Assembly (NCBI RefSeq): GCF_036365525.1
Contig: NW_027140807.1
Location: forward strand, 1,550,001-1,614,000
Length of the DNA: 64,000 bases
Reading direction: 5' to 3'
From: Heterodontus francisci
Lineage: Eukaryota
The notes under the pieces were generated by a model. That model had not been told where the DNA came from and did not search any database. It saw nothing but the letters and a program-made list of their open reading frames with translations. This document shows positions 35,775-49,937 of this stretch, in pieces; the first letter of the stretch is position 1, and every line of letters starts with the position of its first letter. The position numbers were made by a program, and so were the translations under genes.

Positions 35775-36078
35775 GATCTCTGTCTATTTATCTATACAGC
35801 TATCTATCTATCTCTGTAGCTATCTGTCTATCTTTCTCTCTATCTATATATCTGCATGGCTGTGTGTCTGTCTGTCTATCTGTGTCAATTTGTCTCTCTA
35901 TCTGTATGAATCCGTCTGTCTGTCTTCATATCGACCTATCTGCATATCTGTCTGTCTATCTAACAATCTATTTGACTATTTGTCTATCTATCTGTCTACC
36001 TATCTGTCTGTCTATCTATCAATCTGTCTACCCATCTGTCTTTCTATCTATCTGTCTGACTGTCTGTCTGTCTATCTA

Positions 36079-36147
<69 letters not shown>

Positions 36148-36190
36148 AGTCTGCCTGTCTGCCTTCCTAGCTATCTATCTGCCTGTCTAT
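35775..36190. repeat. (TCTA)n/(TCTG)n microsatellite
   Basis: Seen directly. Confidence 0.95.
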
Positions 36191-36499
36191 GCTGCCTATG
36201 GCATGGTGCTGTACACCAATTGGCTTCCGTGTTTTAAGTACACTGCTCTCTGAAATGACCTAGCAAACTCTTCAGTTATCTACAAGGCAGCACACACCTT
36301 CTCCAGGGCAATTAGCGATGTTGAATAACTACTGGCCTTCTCAGAGGGACCCAGGTCCCCAGAATGAATTTTTAAAAAATCAAAACAAGGGAAGAAGTTG
36401 CAGAGGATCTGACCATCATTTTCCAGTTCTTAGTTGGCTGTTAACTGCTTTGGGGCGTCTTGAAGTCGTGGAAGACCTGATATAACTTTTTTTCTTATT

Positions 36500-37015
36500 C
36501 CTTCATGGGACGTGAGTTTCTTTCACAAGGCCAGCAATTATTTCACAACATTGATTACCCTTGAGAAGGTGGTGGTGAGCTGCCTTCTTGAACCATGGGG
36601 GGTAGGTACACCCACAGTGCTGTTGGGAAGGGAGTTCCCGGATTTTGACCCAGTGTCAGTGAAGAAACGGCGATATAGTTCCAAGTCAGGATGGTGTGTG
36701 ACTTGGAGGGGAACTTGCAGGTGGTGGTGCCCCCATGTATTTGCTGCCCTTGTCCTTCTAGTTGGTACAGTTGGTTGGTTTGGAAGGTGCTGTCTAAGGA
36801 CACTCGATGCTTTGCTGCAGTGCATCTTGTCGATGGTACACACTGCTGCCACCGTGGTGAAGGGAGTGAGTGTTGAAGGTGGTAGATGGGTTGCTGATCA
36901 AGAGGGCTGCTTTTTCCTGGATGGTGTTGAGCTTCCTGAGTGTTGTTGGAGCTGCACCCATCCAGGCAAGTGGAGAGTATTCCATCACACTCCTGACTTG
37001 TACCTTGCAGATGAT
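36500..37015 (-). mobile_element. CR1/L2-group LINE 3' fragment, same family as 6260-6828
   Basis: CKVQVRSVMEYSPLAWMGAAPTTLRKLNTIQEKAA. Confidence 0.75.
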
Positions 37016-37059
37016 TGATACTCTTTTCATCACTTCACAATGGCGATGTTAACTATCTG

Positions 37060-37200
37060 TCTTATTTAGATCATTAATTAACCTTTTAATTAATCAAGTA
37101 TAGGACAGCGACTGTGACTCAGTTTTAACATACTCAGTGCCAGAAATTAAACAGTGTAGACGAGGACTTTGAAATTTTGCAGGGGATCTGAGACACATCT
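37060..37200 (-). pseudogene. Highly degenerate family-D-like leader/intron relic
   Basis: AGATCATTAAT..AGTTTTAACATACTCAGTGCCAGAA..GGATCTGAGAC aligns loosely with 25608-25742; no ATG. Confidence 0.5.
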
Positions 37201-37375
37201 CTCTCTTTCCTTCTCTCTCTTCCTCGGACCTTCTGCCATTCCGTGTCATTCAGCCCTTGATGACGGTTCAGGAATCCGGGAATCACCAGCTTGGAAAACG
37301 GCCGGTGAGGCAGGGAGAGACATTAACCATTGTCACTGCTCCTGTATGTCAGTCAGTTGTGTTGTTCACCCTGTT

Positions 37376-37414
37376 GGTTTTTGTACTGGCACTAAGGCAG
37401 TCTGCAGCGCTGTG
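37376..37414 (-). other. 23-RSS of V13
   Basis: CACAGCG-23-ACAAAAACC. Confidence 0.92.
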
Positions 37415-38229
37415 CTCCCTGGCTGCACAGTAATACACCGCCGCATCCGCAGCCTTAACCTTGAGGACCCTCAGGCTGCATCGTTTGTCCTCGGGCCTTA
37501 TAATCTTCACCTCCTCTTCAAATTTTCCTTCGTACGTGGGTGAGCTTCCAGTGAAAGAATAGCCCATTAGGGTGAGCCCCTGCCCGGCATACTGCCGATA
37601 CCACAGCATAACGCTCTTACTACTGTCATTCTGGTAACAGTTTAATTCTGCTGGTTCACCTCCCTTCACTGCCACCAGAGTTGGCCACTGGTGTATCACC
37701 TCTGCTAGAGTTTTGCCTTGAGAAATAAGGAGAATAGTTTTAAAAGTTTGGAACATATTGTGACATATGATAACCAACTAAACGATCCAAATAGATAATT
37801 AGATAATACTAGATAACTATATAGGCAGACAATATATAGTTAAATGATATATTTGTAGATATATAGATAATAAACAGATAGATATAGAGATTGAAAAATA
37901 ATGTAGCAAGTGAAATGAGACAGACAAATTAACCCAGATTTAGGGCAAACTTATCGGTTAAAGATAGCTGTAGTAGAGTCACGAATATATAAGTTACTTT
38001 CATTCAGTCAACAATTTCATTAAGTAAATATTATTTACAGTGAAAGTAAAGTATGTAGTTTAAGAAATGACAGAAAATCGACTGCAATGATGTTTTATCA
38101 ATCTAGTTTGATAGAAGTTAGCAGTGAATGAAAGCACAGCATGTATTTTAGCACAGGTATCTTTATGAACGATGAATACCTACATGGAAGAAGAGAACAG
38201 ACGATTAGGAAGAGTTTGGCAAACTGCAT
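37415..38229 (-). CDS. TRBV: V13: TRBV (family F, single copy here), apparently functional
   Basis: Leader 38184-38229 (MQFAKLFLIVCSLLP); V exon 37415-37716 EVIHQWP..NCYQ..WYRQ..YYCAARE. Confidence 0.9.
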
Positions 38230-39184
38230 CCTGCAGACTGAAGGCTGAATCTGTTCATGAACCAATATCAGGCGGCTGAAGATAAAGCAGAGAGCGGAAA
38301 TGACAGCACTGGAAGCAGGGTTTCCTTCTGACCCCTCACTTCTGGGTATGACAGAATAATAACACCCCCTGGTCGGAAGGAGCTTGAACAAGGAACTGCT
38401 TCCCGTCTGCATCAGGCTCTCGTTGCTTGTGTCTGATTGGTGTTGTGTAGGGTAGCTCTTTCGAACAGCCGGGCCAGGCTCGATGGGCTGAATGGCCTCG
38501 GCTCTGCTGTTGGATTTTATAAATATATAAGACACATCAAGTTGCTTCTTTGTATTAGGCAGATAAAGATTTATTTCCCCTGGGCTAAACGACAATTCAA
38601 GGATTATGTTTTACATTGGGGTGAAATGTTAGATACTTTGAAAAGCGACAGTGTCATGAAGAAGTGGGTTAACTGTTTTGAACAGATGCTCAAACCGCCG
38701 TCAGGAGGCAGGTGTTCCAGTGAGAGACCTATCTGGGGAGGTGTCTCACTTTTGCATTGTATGAATCATTGGGGACATGTACAAGAGGGAGCTATGTGTA
38801 ACTCTTGTCACATACCACCGACAGCTCATTCAACAGGACCATGAACCCATTTACCCCACCTGGGAATCTGTTCTTTACAGGTAGAGGCTGCCTTAACGAG
38901 AAGGATCTGAGCACATTGCTGCAGCATTTTTAATAATTCATAATGTATTGATGTACTCTGAGTCGAAGGAGAGCAAGAAGATGAAACTATCAGTAAAATG
39001 CAAATCATGATATATCAATAATTAAACTGGTATGGTGCAAACAGTTGTGTTAGATAGATGATAAACGTCAGATATATGGTGGATGCATATTTAGAGAGGT
39101 GAGAGACAGGTCGATAAATCGATGGCAAATATATATATATGATCAAGATAAATAGATAGATAAATGGTGCAATATAACCAAAAA

Positions 39185-39217
39185 TGGACAGACAGACTGA
39201 TAGATAGATAGATAGAC

Positions 39218-39277
<60 letters not shown>

Positions 39278-39290
39278 CGATGGATGGATG
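39185..39290. repeat. (GATA)n microsatellite
   Basis: Seen directly. Confidence 0.95.
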
Positions 39291-39398
39291 CAGAGACGCA
39301 CAAAGAGACACAGAAACTCGCAGATAGTCAGAGAGACAGAAAGACACTGAGATAGACAGGCAGGTTTATCTCCCACAAGTGCTTTCCTCCTCCTTTCG

Positions 39399-39437
39399 AG
39401 TTTTTGCTGAACTCCGGCGCCTTTCTGAGTCACTGTG
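39399..39437 (-). other. 23-RSS of V14
   Basis: CACAGTG-23-GCAAAAACT. Confidence 0.92.
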
Positions 39438-40065
39438 CTGACTCCAGGCACAGTAATACACGGCTGATTGATTCTCCCACAAGCTGGAGGACTCCAGGTA
39501 AAAATGGGTGTTGTCGGGCTTTCTGGCAGTGAAACCGTCCACCTCACCGGAGGGGTTGACCGTTCCAGCAGTGTAGGAATAGAAAAGGTTCTCGGGCTCA
39601 CGGTCCGGATGCCACCGGTACCAGTAGAAAGCAGAGCTAGCATCTGCCTTTGTGTAAACGCACTGGATCCTGACTGGAGAGCCCGGGGAATGGGATATGG
39701 AAGCAGGAGTCTGTTGGATCAACACGGCCCCCACATCTGTAATACAGAGAGAGAGAGAGAAAGAGAGAGATAAAACCAGGGATAATGTCTATATTGGTAA
39801 CAACAAGAAGAGGTAGACTTGGGCAGACACAGAAAGAGAGAGAGAGAGCGGAAGGGACCAGTTAAAAATAGAGACACAGAGATAAAGGCAGAGAGAGAGA
39901 GAGAGAATGAGAGACAGATAAAGAATTATAGAGGGAGAAGGAGAGAGACAGAGACAGACAGAGACTGAGAAGCAGAGACACATGTACATCATTGTAACCT
40001 CACTGTTCAGACACCTCCTTACCCGTTAACACCAACAACACAACCCAGAGCTGAGAGACAGCCAT
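39438..40065 (-). CDS. TRBV: V14: TRBV (family A), apparently functional
   Basis: Leader 40023-40065; V exon 39438-39736 VLIQQTP..QC..WYRW..YYCAWSQ. Confidence 0.9.
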
Positions 40066-43000
40066 CTCTGGAGGGTAACGGATCCGTGTGGTTTTATATG
40101 AAGTGACTGAGCACTTTTATTGTAGAGTATCTCAAAGTTCTGGGCACTGACTGAAAGTCACAGCTTTCCTCTCCATCACTTTATCATTCAGATAGGCGGG
40201 ACCCAGTTTTCTTTCATTTCCGGGGAGGGACCAATGTTAGACTCCTGGTAATCGCTTTCTGGAACTGCAGTTCTGTGTCATTGACATCTGCAGCCCGATC
40301 ATTCGGAGCTCTCTCCAAATATGTGCACCTAGTACTCCAGGTGTGTTCTCTCCAAGACCCAATACAAGTGTAATACGACTTCCTTATTCTTGTACTCCCA
40401 TCCCCCATGAAACAAAGACCAACATGCCTGTAATTCAACAGAAGCACTTCATTGGCTGTAGAACTCCTTGGGAAGTTCCAGATCGGCTTTCCAACTTTCT
40501 CCCCTCTTTCAGATACTGACGTTGACTATATAGAATTGCAGACAATATAGAACACAGCATCAGGTGAACGGATCTATACAGGTGTTGATGTTCCACAGAT
40601 ACATCCTTTCATCCCTCTTTATCTCATCCTCTCAGCATCTCCTGTCAGTCCTTTCTGCCTCGTATGTCTACTGGTTTCCCACTGAATACTATTTACCGCC
40701 ACCACTGCCTGTGGTGGTGAGTTCCCCATTCTCACCAATCTCTGGGGAATGAAGTTTGTCCTGAATTCACGTTTGGATTTTTAGTGAGTATCTTATGCCT
40801 TATAATTCTGGTCTTTAGCCTCAAGTGAAAATATCTTCTCTACGTCTATCCTATCAAACCTATTAATAATATTAAAGACTTCTTATCTGGGCACCCCTCA
40901 TTTCCAGAGAAGGACCCCAGCCTGTTCGATCTTTACTGCTATGTATATTTTACCGTGATCTAAATGTGGTCTAACCAATGTATATAGACGCCAGAACTGT
41001 GCATAGTGCTCCAGTTGTGATCTAACCAATGTATAATGAGAGCAGAACAGTGCACAGTTCTCCAAATGAAGTCGAACCAAGGTATGAGGAAACCTGAAAT
41101 GTTGACAGTGCACCCAGTGTGTTTTAACCAAGGAGGTTGGAGACCAAAAATGTGCAAATTCCAATTTTGGAACCCAGGTTCTTGATGATAAAACTGTGGA
41201 TGAGGCACTGCTCTTTGAGTTCTTGGGAAAATTACGTGAGTTTGAAGTCAGTCTGTGTGTGGTTCTTTGTCTCGACAGTGGATAACTCTGAACTGCTTTG
41301 TCCCGTCAGTCACTGCTCATAAATACACCTCCACATTGACCTTACCTTGGAGAACCGACAGTCGACACCTCAAAGCACAGGAGAAGTAACACCAGAGGTG
41401 CCTCCGCATTATCCTCCAACTCCAGTGGCAAGACAGGTGGTCCAACAGCATCGTCCTCTCCCAAACCAACCTGCCTCGTGTCAGGGCGCGAAACACCCCA
41501 CACCAGCTCCACTGGCTGGGACATGTCATTCACATTCCTGCCACCAGACTCCCCAAAGCAACTGTTCTACTCAGAACTTGGTCGTGGCAGGAGACTCCCA
41601 GGAGGATAGCGGAAAGGCTTTAGAGGTGTCCTCACAGCATCCCTGGAGAGATGAAACATCCCCGTCGATTCCTTGGAGACCCAGGCTCCTGACCATCCCA
41701 GACGGAGGAAGGACAAACGGGAAGGCATCGGACACCACGAGGAACTTCAGGAACATGCAGAGGTAAGGCTGAGGCATCGGAGGGAGCGCACAAACCTGCA
41801 AACTACTCACCTACCTGATCCGACAAGCACCACCTGCCCCTCATGTGACAGCGTCTGCAGATCATACACTGGACTCATCAGCCATCTCAGAACCCATTGA
41901 ACCGGAGTGGAAGCAAGTCATTCTCAATCCCGGGGAATTGCCTAAGAAGGTGAACTCTCTCCAGCTTCCTTGTTAATTTATTATTTTGCACTGATCTGCA
42001 AAAGCAAACATGCTCTTAAAACCTCAACATACTGAGTTTCACCTCCTCAATGAACAGACCTGATTAATACAGCCCCTCCACCGGCGGATTGTGGATATCA
42101 CAACATGTCAGTGTGAAGCCTTCTGTTCTGAAAACTGTCTCTCACTTAATCACATGAAGTGAGCACCAGATCTCCCGTTATTCCACCTGGAAACAGGGAG
42201 CATGGGGGGGGGGGGAGGTGGGAATGTTACTTTGCACTTGGCACGATAGATGTGGGAGTTGTGCTAAAGTCACGATGGACATTCAGGCTCTCTCCTAGTT
42301 TCCTACAAACACCTGGGGGAAAGTAATTGTAAAATAGAACCTGGAAATCTACAAACTGGCATCTGGGTGCAAATATTTCAAAGTTGGACAGATATTAATG
42401 TCACTTAATGCCCCCATAACGATCAGATTAAAGGCTCAATCTACCTTATATCAAATCATTGACTTTTTTCCATTGTCGGAATATTTTGTGTGAAATAGTT
42501 GAGAGGTGAAACATTTCAGAAGCAGCCAAGTTGACCTGTGGAGCTGTTGCGGGTAAAGCTCACTCTGAGCATGTTCTCGGCAGCGGCTGCAGTGGAGTAA
42601 CACTGGCACCTAGTGGCTCCAGGTGTAACTGCAAGCACCGATTCTGCAGGCGTTTCAGTGTCAGACCCTGAACCTGTTTCAGTCATTAGTTATATTCTCC
42701 TACTTGACTCGTGTTGGTGCTTGTGGTGCAGAACTAGATGGAAGCTAATGCACAGATCCGCGCCATTCGACCTGACAGCTCCCTGCTTCACTCCAGCCTC
42801 AACCAGTCAAATATATTTTGAAGTGCAGTCACTGTTGTAATGTAGGGAAGGAGGCAGACAAGCTGCAAGATCAAGTGCAGGGTTATTCAGAAAGAACAGG
42901 GAGTGGGAGTAATTGGACAGGGAAGTGAATACCAGGGATCATAATTGGAAGATAGTCCTTTATAAAACCAATTGGGAATTCAGGAGGAGGTTCTTTAACC

Positions 43001-44028
43001 CAGGGAGCGGTGAGAATGTGGAATTAGCGACCAATGGAATGGGTTGAGGTCGAATAGAGACGATGCAGTTAAGGGGGGAGCTGAATAAATACATGAGTGA
43101 GAAAGGAATAGAAGAATCTGTTGATAGGGGAAGATGAAGAGAGATGGGAGGAGGTCGCTCTTTCGAACAGCCAGGCCAGGATCGATGGGCTGAATGGCCT
43201 GGATTTGTCATGCATGATTCTTTGATCCAATAAGACCCGTCAACCTGCTGCCTTGTTTCAGGGCCAAGACAGTTTCATTCCACCCACCCCCCCCCCCCCC
43301 CCCCACCCCCCCACCCCCCTTCTGCTAAACGGGAGTTAAAGGGTTAAGTTGTTCACCACACTGAACTCCAGTCATTGTGAAAATTTTTCAAAAGACCCCG
43401 AGAGACTGAGAGACAAGTGGGTTAACAGTTTTGAACAGATGCTGAAGCCGCCGTCTGGAGGCAGGTGTTCCAGTCAGATACGGATCTGGAGAGGTGTCTC
43501 GCCTTTGCACTGTATGAATCATCAGAGACATGATTAAAGGTTCCAAGATCAACCATTTCCAATTTGTATGGACTTGTGTCCATTAGAGTAATGAGGGTAA
43601 GGGGAGATTTGAAAGACGTGGTCAGAAGTGTCTTGATGGAGAAACTGTATCCAGAGGGTAGTATCTACTGTCAGGAGGGTCGATAAACCAGGGACCAAGA
43701 ATTGAAGGTAATTGGGAAAGGAACCAGAGTGTGAGATGAGTGGAATCTTTCTCCTCAGTGAATTGTTATCATGTGGAGGGCACTGACTGAAAGGGCGGTG
43801 GAAGACCATCCAATAGTAACTTCCAGATGTCAATTGGAGAAGTAGATGAAGGGGAGATTTATTAATGTAATGGAGAACTAGTCAGTGAATGGGAACGAGT
43901 TAGACAACTCCGTCAAAGAGCCAGTTCATTCAACAGTAGACATAAAAACTGACAGATAGTCAGAGTGATAGAATGACAGCCCAGATAAACAGGTCTATCT
44001 CCCACAAGTGAGCTCTGTCAATGTTTAG

Positions 44029-44067
44029 AGTTTTTGCTGAACTCCGGCGCCTTTCTGAGTCACTGTG
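44029..44067 (-). other. 23-RSS of V15
   Basis: CACAGTG-23-GCAAAAACT. Confidence 0.92.
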
Positions 44068-44683
44068 CAGACTACAGGCACAGTAATACACGGCTGATTG
44101 ATTCACCCACAGGCTCAAGGACTCCAGGTAAAAATGGGTGTTGTCGGGTCTCCTGGCGGTGAAACCGTCCACCTCTCCGGAGGGGGTGACCGTTCTGGCG
44201 GGGTAGGAATAGAAAAGGTTCTCGGGCTCACGGTCCAGTTGCCATCGGTACCAGTAGAAAACGGAGCCTGCTGTTGCTTCAGTGTAAATACACTCGATCC
44301 TGACTGGAGAACCTGGGGAATGGGATAAGGAAGAGGGAGTCTGTTGGATCAACACGGCCCCCACATCTGCAAAACAGAGAGGGAGAGAGAGAGAGAAAGA
44401 GAGAGATTAACCCAGGGACAATCTCTATATCGTTATCAACAAGAAGAGGTAGAAGTGGGCAGACAGAGAGAGAGCGGTGGGGACCAGTTAGAGTCAGAGA
44501 TAAAGGCAGAGAGAGAGAGAGAGAATGAGAGACAGAGAAAGAAATATGGAGGGAGAAGGAGAGAGACAAAGACAGACAGAGACTGAGAAGCAGAGGCACA
44601 TGTACATCATTGTAACCTCACAGTTCAGACACCTCCTTACCCGTTAACACCAACAACACAATCCAGAGCTGAGACACAGACAT
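44068..44683 (-). CDS. TRBV: V15: TRBV (family A), intact; duplicate of V2
   Basis: Leader 44641-44683 (MSVSQLWIVLLVLT); V exon 44068-44366 open to YYCACSL. Confidence 0.9.
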
Positions 44684-46874
44684 CTCTGGAGGGTGAAGGA
44701 TCCGTGTGGTTTTATATGAAACGACTGAGCACTTTTATTGTAGAGTATCTCAAAGTTTTGGGCACTGACTAGAATTTACAGCTTCCGTCTCCATCATCTT
44801 CAACATTTTCCTAGGCGGAGCCAAGCTTTCTTTCTTTGTTCATGGGCTCCCCGAGGACTCGTCATTTCTGGGGAGGGACCAATGTTTGGCCCCCAACTCA
44901 TCGGTTTCTGGGCCTGCAGTTCTGTTTCATGTCTTTGAAAGTTGCAGAAAGGAAGGGAGTAAATGTGATGTAAACTATCTTCTGTGGTGGAGAGGTGATT
45001 AAATGGGCGGGTGTGTTGGGATCATCAATACCTTCAGTACTCCCCTGATCATAACCACATTCATCCTGACACCATCCTCACACTTATCATTACCATCTGA
45101 GGACACATTATCACCCTCGTCCCGACCGCCAGTATCTGTGACAACCTCACCCTCAGCAGCCTCATCACCATAAAGAGATTCTCACTCCACCATCATTATC
45201 AAGCTTGTTCTCTTCCAATTGTATCTGAATGTATTCAGTGATGGGATGTGTGCATTGCTGGGAGGGTCATTTCAGAAAAGCTGAGATTTTACAAGAGTAA
45301 ATGTTCACTATCTTTCTTAAATATCTATCAGGACTCGGTAACAATGGAAGTGTTAAAGGTTAGACCAAGAGTGGGGGGTGACAACTTAACTATTCCATAG
45401 ATGCACTTTACATGAAGTGGGAAGATCATGGATGAAATGGGAAACATTCCAAAGTGTGTGGATTGGATAAGCAGTGGCAGGTTCCATCATCGCTCCCCTA
45501 ACCTTCTGGATTGGGCTCTGGGACTTTTTGTAAAATTGTCTGTTCCAATGAACAGCTTCTCCCACATCTCCACATCGCTGAAATCCCTCACGCCCGGTCA
45601 TCTACTCTTAAATCTCCTTTGCACCCTCTCCATCCTTCCTACAATGTCATGTACAGAAGTGGACACGCTACACCAGTTGCGGCCAAACCAGACTTTTTAT
45701 AAATGGTTTAGCATCAATTTGTGGCGTTTGTGCTGCATTCAAAATTGTGTGCGTTAATTCTGCTTAATCAGGGAAAATAGTATGAAACATGCATTTCGGT
45801 ACGACATTTTTGCTCGGTGGATTTGTTTTGACTTACCTGCAGTTTTTTGGCACTAAAGTGTCAGCCTTTTCATTGTCTCCAGTCTGTGGAGTGGGTCCTT
45901 CTAACTCAGAGAGGAGAGTTCTATCCACTCAGGCAGCGCACGTTGAGTCTTGAGTACCTCACCTCCTGACTCCCCAAAGCCTGTCCACCATCTATAAGGT
46001 ACAAGTCAGGAGTGTGTTGGAATACTCTCCACTCGATTGCAGCTCCAACAACACTGAAGAAGGTCGACACTATCCAGGACAAAACAGCCCGCTTGATTGG
46101 CACCCTATCCACAAACATTCACTCCCTCCACCACAAACGCACTGTGGTAGCACTGTGGACTATATACAAAATGCACTGCAGCAACTCCCAAAGGCTCCTT
46201 CGACAACACCTTCCAAACCCGCGACCTCTGCCACCTAGAAGGACAAGGACAGCAGATGCATGGGAACATCACCACCTGCAGGTTCCCCTTCAAGCCACAT
46301 GCCATCCTGACTTGGAACTATATCGCCGTTCCTTCACTGTCGCTGGGTCAAAATCCTGGAACTCCCTTCCTAACAGGACTGTGGGTGGACCTACCCCACA
46401 TGGACTGCAGTGGTTCAAGAAGGCAGCTCACCACCACCTTCCCAAGGGCAATTTGGGATGGATAGCAGTTGCTGGACTGGTCAGCGATGCTCACATCCCA
46501 TTCAAGAATTTTTATAAATATTAAATGAATAGAAACTGCTTCTATAGGTAGAAGGCAACCAGGAGACATTGATTAAATGTAACTGGCAGATGAATTAGTG
46601 GGGGGAGGGGGGAGATGTGATGATTTATTTAAGCAGCGAGTTGTTATGATGTGGCTAGCACTTTCTGAAAGGGTGTTGGAAGCACTTTGAACAAGAACGT
46701 TCAAAAGGCAATGGATTGTACACGTGAATGGAATCAATGTGCACGGCGATGGGGAAGTAGAAGGGGGGAAGAACTGGACAGTTCTTTCAAATAAGCCAGT
46801 ACGGGGGAGATGGGCCGAATGGTCTCCTTCTGTGCTGTTATCCAAGATGATTCATTGATCTGGTTCCAGTAAAT

Positions 46875-47057
46875 GAGCAGTCACTCTACTACCGCCCCTT
46901 GCCGGTGGATGATGAGCAGTGAGATTCAATCTACTGCTGCCCCCTGCTGGTGAATGATGAGCACTGAGTTCCAATCTACTGCTGCCCCCTGCCGGTGGAT
47001 GATGAGCAGTGAGATTCAATCTACTGCTGCCCCCTGCCGGTGGATGATGAGCACTGA
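46875..47057 (-). repeat. Same 45-bp minisatellite, 4 units
   Basis: Paralogous position, directly downstream of the V16 RSS. Confidence 0.9.
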
Positions 47058-47077
47058 ACTCCCGTTCATCCGCTGCA

Positions 47078-47116
47078 GGATTTTGCAGCTGCGAATCCGC
47101 TTTCTCAAGCACTGTG
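47078..47116 (-). other. 23-RSS of V16 (variant nonamer)
   Basis: CACAGTG-23-GCAAAATCC. Confidence 0.88.
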
Positions 47117-47786
47117 CGATACTACAAGTGCAGAAATAGACAGCGGTGTGAGATGGAGCGGCGTCTCTCAGTGCCAAAGTAATCAGTGTATTGCTGGCTC
47201 TGACTGCCTTAAATGACTCGGACGTGTAATTAGTGACAGACCCTTCTGTAGCAGAATGGAACAGAGCTTCCAGTGCCCTGTCTGGTTGTTGTCTGTACCA
47301 GTACATATAGTAATATGCAGTATTGGTCAGCGTGCATCTGAGTGTTGTCGACTCTCCTGCAGCAATCGATAGGATCGAGGGTGTCTGTTCCACATAGGAG
47401 GCGAGTATTCCTGTGGAATGGAACATCGATTAAATTATTATTTCAGTCAATAATGGATTGGAGCAGGGGCTGCATTACAAGAATGAGAGGGCTTACATTA
47501 ATATAGCACCGTTCAGGACCTCAGGGCATCAGAAAGGGCTTTGCAACCAATGTAGTTACTCCCTCAGTGCTGCCTCTGCGACAGTGCAGCACTCCCTCAG
47601 TCCTGACATCTGGGTTGTCAGCCTTGACTTTGAGCTCAAGTGTTCTGGAGTGAGACTCAGACACAGCAGTGTTATGGAACAGAATCACCGCTGACATTAC
47701 AATACATTATTCTACACAGTTTCTGACATTGACTTACGTGGGAACAGGGCAGGCATCAAGATTAGACAGAGAACTTCATGCAACAT
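47117..47786 (-). CDS. TRBV: V16: TRBV (family B), intact; duplicate of V3
   Basis: Leader 47738-47786 (MLHEVLCLILMPALFP); V exon 47117-47410 to YFCTCSI. Confidence 0.9.
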
Positions 47787-49162
47787 GATTTCTTCATTCG
47801 ATACTAACTCGATGTGTGAACGTGTGGAGTTTTCAACAACACACTTGCAGGCGGTTTCTATATTGTATCCAATTAAATACCCAGCATCCGGTTGTCATTG
47901 TGATTGGCAGTCACTTACTGCGACACTCTGCTCCACCCCATTACATTGTATAGCAATGTTGTAGAATGAGACAACACAAGGGGATAGGGGGAGATTGAAT
48001 AGAGGTGTTCACATTTCAGAAAGGGATTTGATAGAGTAGAATTCAGGGAAACACCCCTCTATACCCAGAGAGTGTGCCCATCCCTTATTGCCCCTGAGAA
48101 GGTGATGGTGAACCATCTTCGGGAATACCTGCTGGGCCATATCAGAGGGCAGTTAACAGTCAACCACATTGCTGTGGGTCTGCAGTCACATATAGGCCAG
48201 ACCGGGTAGGAATGGCGGATTTCCTTCCCTGAAGGTAATCAATGAAGACGTTGGGTTTTTAAGACACTCCATGTTCAGTATTACTCATACTTTCCATTCT
48301 AGATTTTTATTTATTTAATTAATTGAATTTAAATTGCATTTCTGCCCCGGTGGGAATTGAACTCAAGTCTGGGAATCATTAGTCCAGGCCTCTGGATTAC
48401 TAGCCCAGTAACATAACTGCCCTGCTGCCAAACCTCCGTGGTGAATGGGAGTTAAAGGGTTAAATTGTTCACTGGTCTGAACTGCCAGTTTATTTGAAGA
48501 ACACATCAAATATGACTGGAGTCTGAGATGAATGTTGGTAAACAGTTTTCAGCAGCTTCTGAACTCGCTTTCAGGAGGCAGGTGTCCCAGAGATGAAGTT
48601 ATCTGGAGAGGGGTCTCGCCTTTGAACCGTGTGAAACAGCGCTCAGATGGTTAATGGTTCTGCGCTGAGTTAGTTCCTGTGCATGAGGGGGTTGTTCGCC
48701 TCTGTGTAGTGAAGTTTAGAGGGAGATTAACCAGACTGGTATCAGGGATGAGGGACTTCAGTTACTGTGGAGAGACTGGAGAAGCTGGGGGTTTCTGCCC
48801 TTAGAGCAGAGAAGGTTAATGGTAGATGTGATACAGATATTGAAGATCATAGAGGATTTTGATAGATAATTGATGACAAATCACATCTTCTACTGGTCAA
48901 TATATAGAAAATCTATGAAAAGATGGTCATTCATTACATTATTGCAGTATGTTTAATTAGTTCATACAAACTGTAATTACCTAAAGATAGAGTTAGATAG
49001 ATAGAGAGACAGAGAGATAGATAACCAGGTAAAGAGATAGATAGATAGAGAGACAGAGAGATAAACAATCAGGTGGACAGATAGATATGAACAGAAAGCT
49101 TCAATCTACTGCTGCCCCCTGCCAGTTGAAGATGAGCACTGAACTCCCGTTCATCCGCTGCA

Positions 49163-49201
49163 GGTTTTTGCAGCTGCGGATCCGCTTTCTCAAACACTGT
49201 G
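49163..49201 (-). other. 23-RSS of V17
   Basis: CACAGTG-23-GCAAAAACC. Confidence 0.92.
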
Positions 49202-49937
49202 TGATACTACAAGCGCAGAAATAGACAGCGGTGTGAGATGGAGCGGCGTCTCTCAGTGCCAAAGTAAACAGTGTATTGCTGGCTCTGTCTGCCTTAAATG
49301 ACTCGGACGTGTAATTGGTAACAGACCCTGTTCCAGCAGAATAGAACAGAGCTTCCAGTGCCCTGTCTGGTTGTTGTCTGTACCAGTACATTGTAGGATA
49401 GGCAGTATTGGTCAGCGTGCATCTGAGTGTTGTCGACTCTCCTGCGGAAATCGATAGGATAGAGGGTGACTGTTCCACATAGGAGGCGAGTATTCCTGTG
49501 GGACGGAACATCGATTAGATTATTATTTCAGTCAATAATGGATTGGAGCAGAGGCTGCATTACAAGAAAGAGAGGGCTTACATTAATATATCGCCGTTCA
49601 GGACCTCAGGGCATCAGAAAGGGCTTTGCAACCAATGTAGTTACTCCCTCAGTACTGCCTCTGCGACAGTGCAGCACTCCCTCAGTACTGCCTCTGCGAC
49701 AGTGCAGCACACCCTCAGTACTGCCTCTGTGACAGTCCAGCACTCCCACAGCCCTGACACCTGGGGTGTTAGTTTTGACTTTGAGCTCAAGTGTTCTGGC
49801 GTGAGACTCTGACACAGCAGTGTTATGGAACAGAATCACCGCTGACATTACAATACATTATTCGACACAGTTTCTGACTTTGACTTACGTGGGAAGAGTG
49901 CAGCCATCAAGATTAGACTGAGAACTTCATGCAACAT
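49202..49937 (-). CDS. TRBV: V17: TRBV (family B), intact; duplicate of V4
   Basis: Leader 49889-49937; V exon 49202-49495 to YFCACSI. Confidence 0.9.
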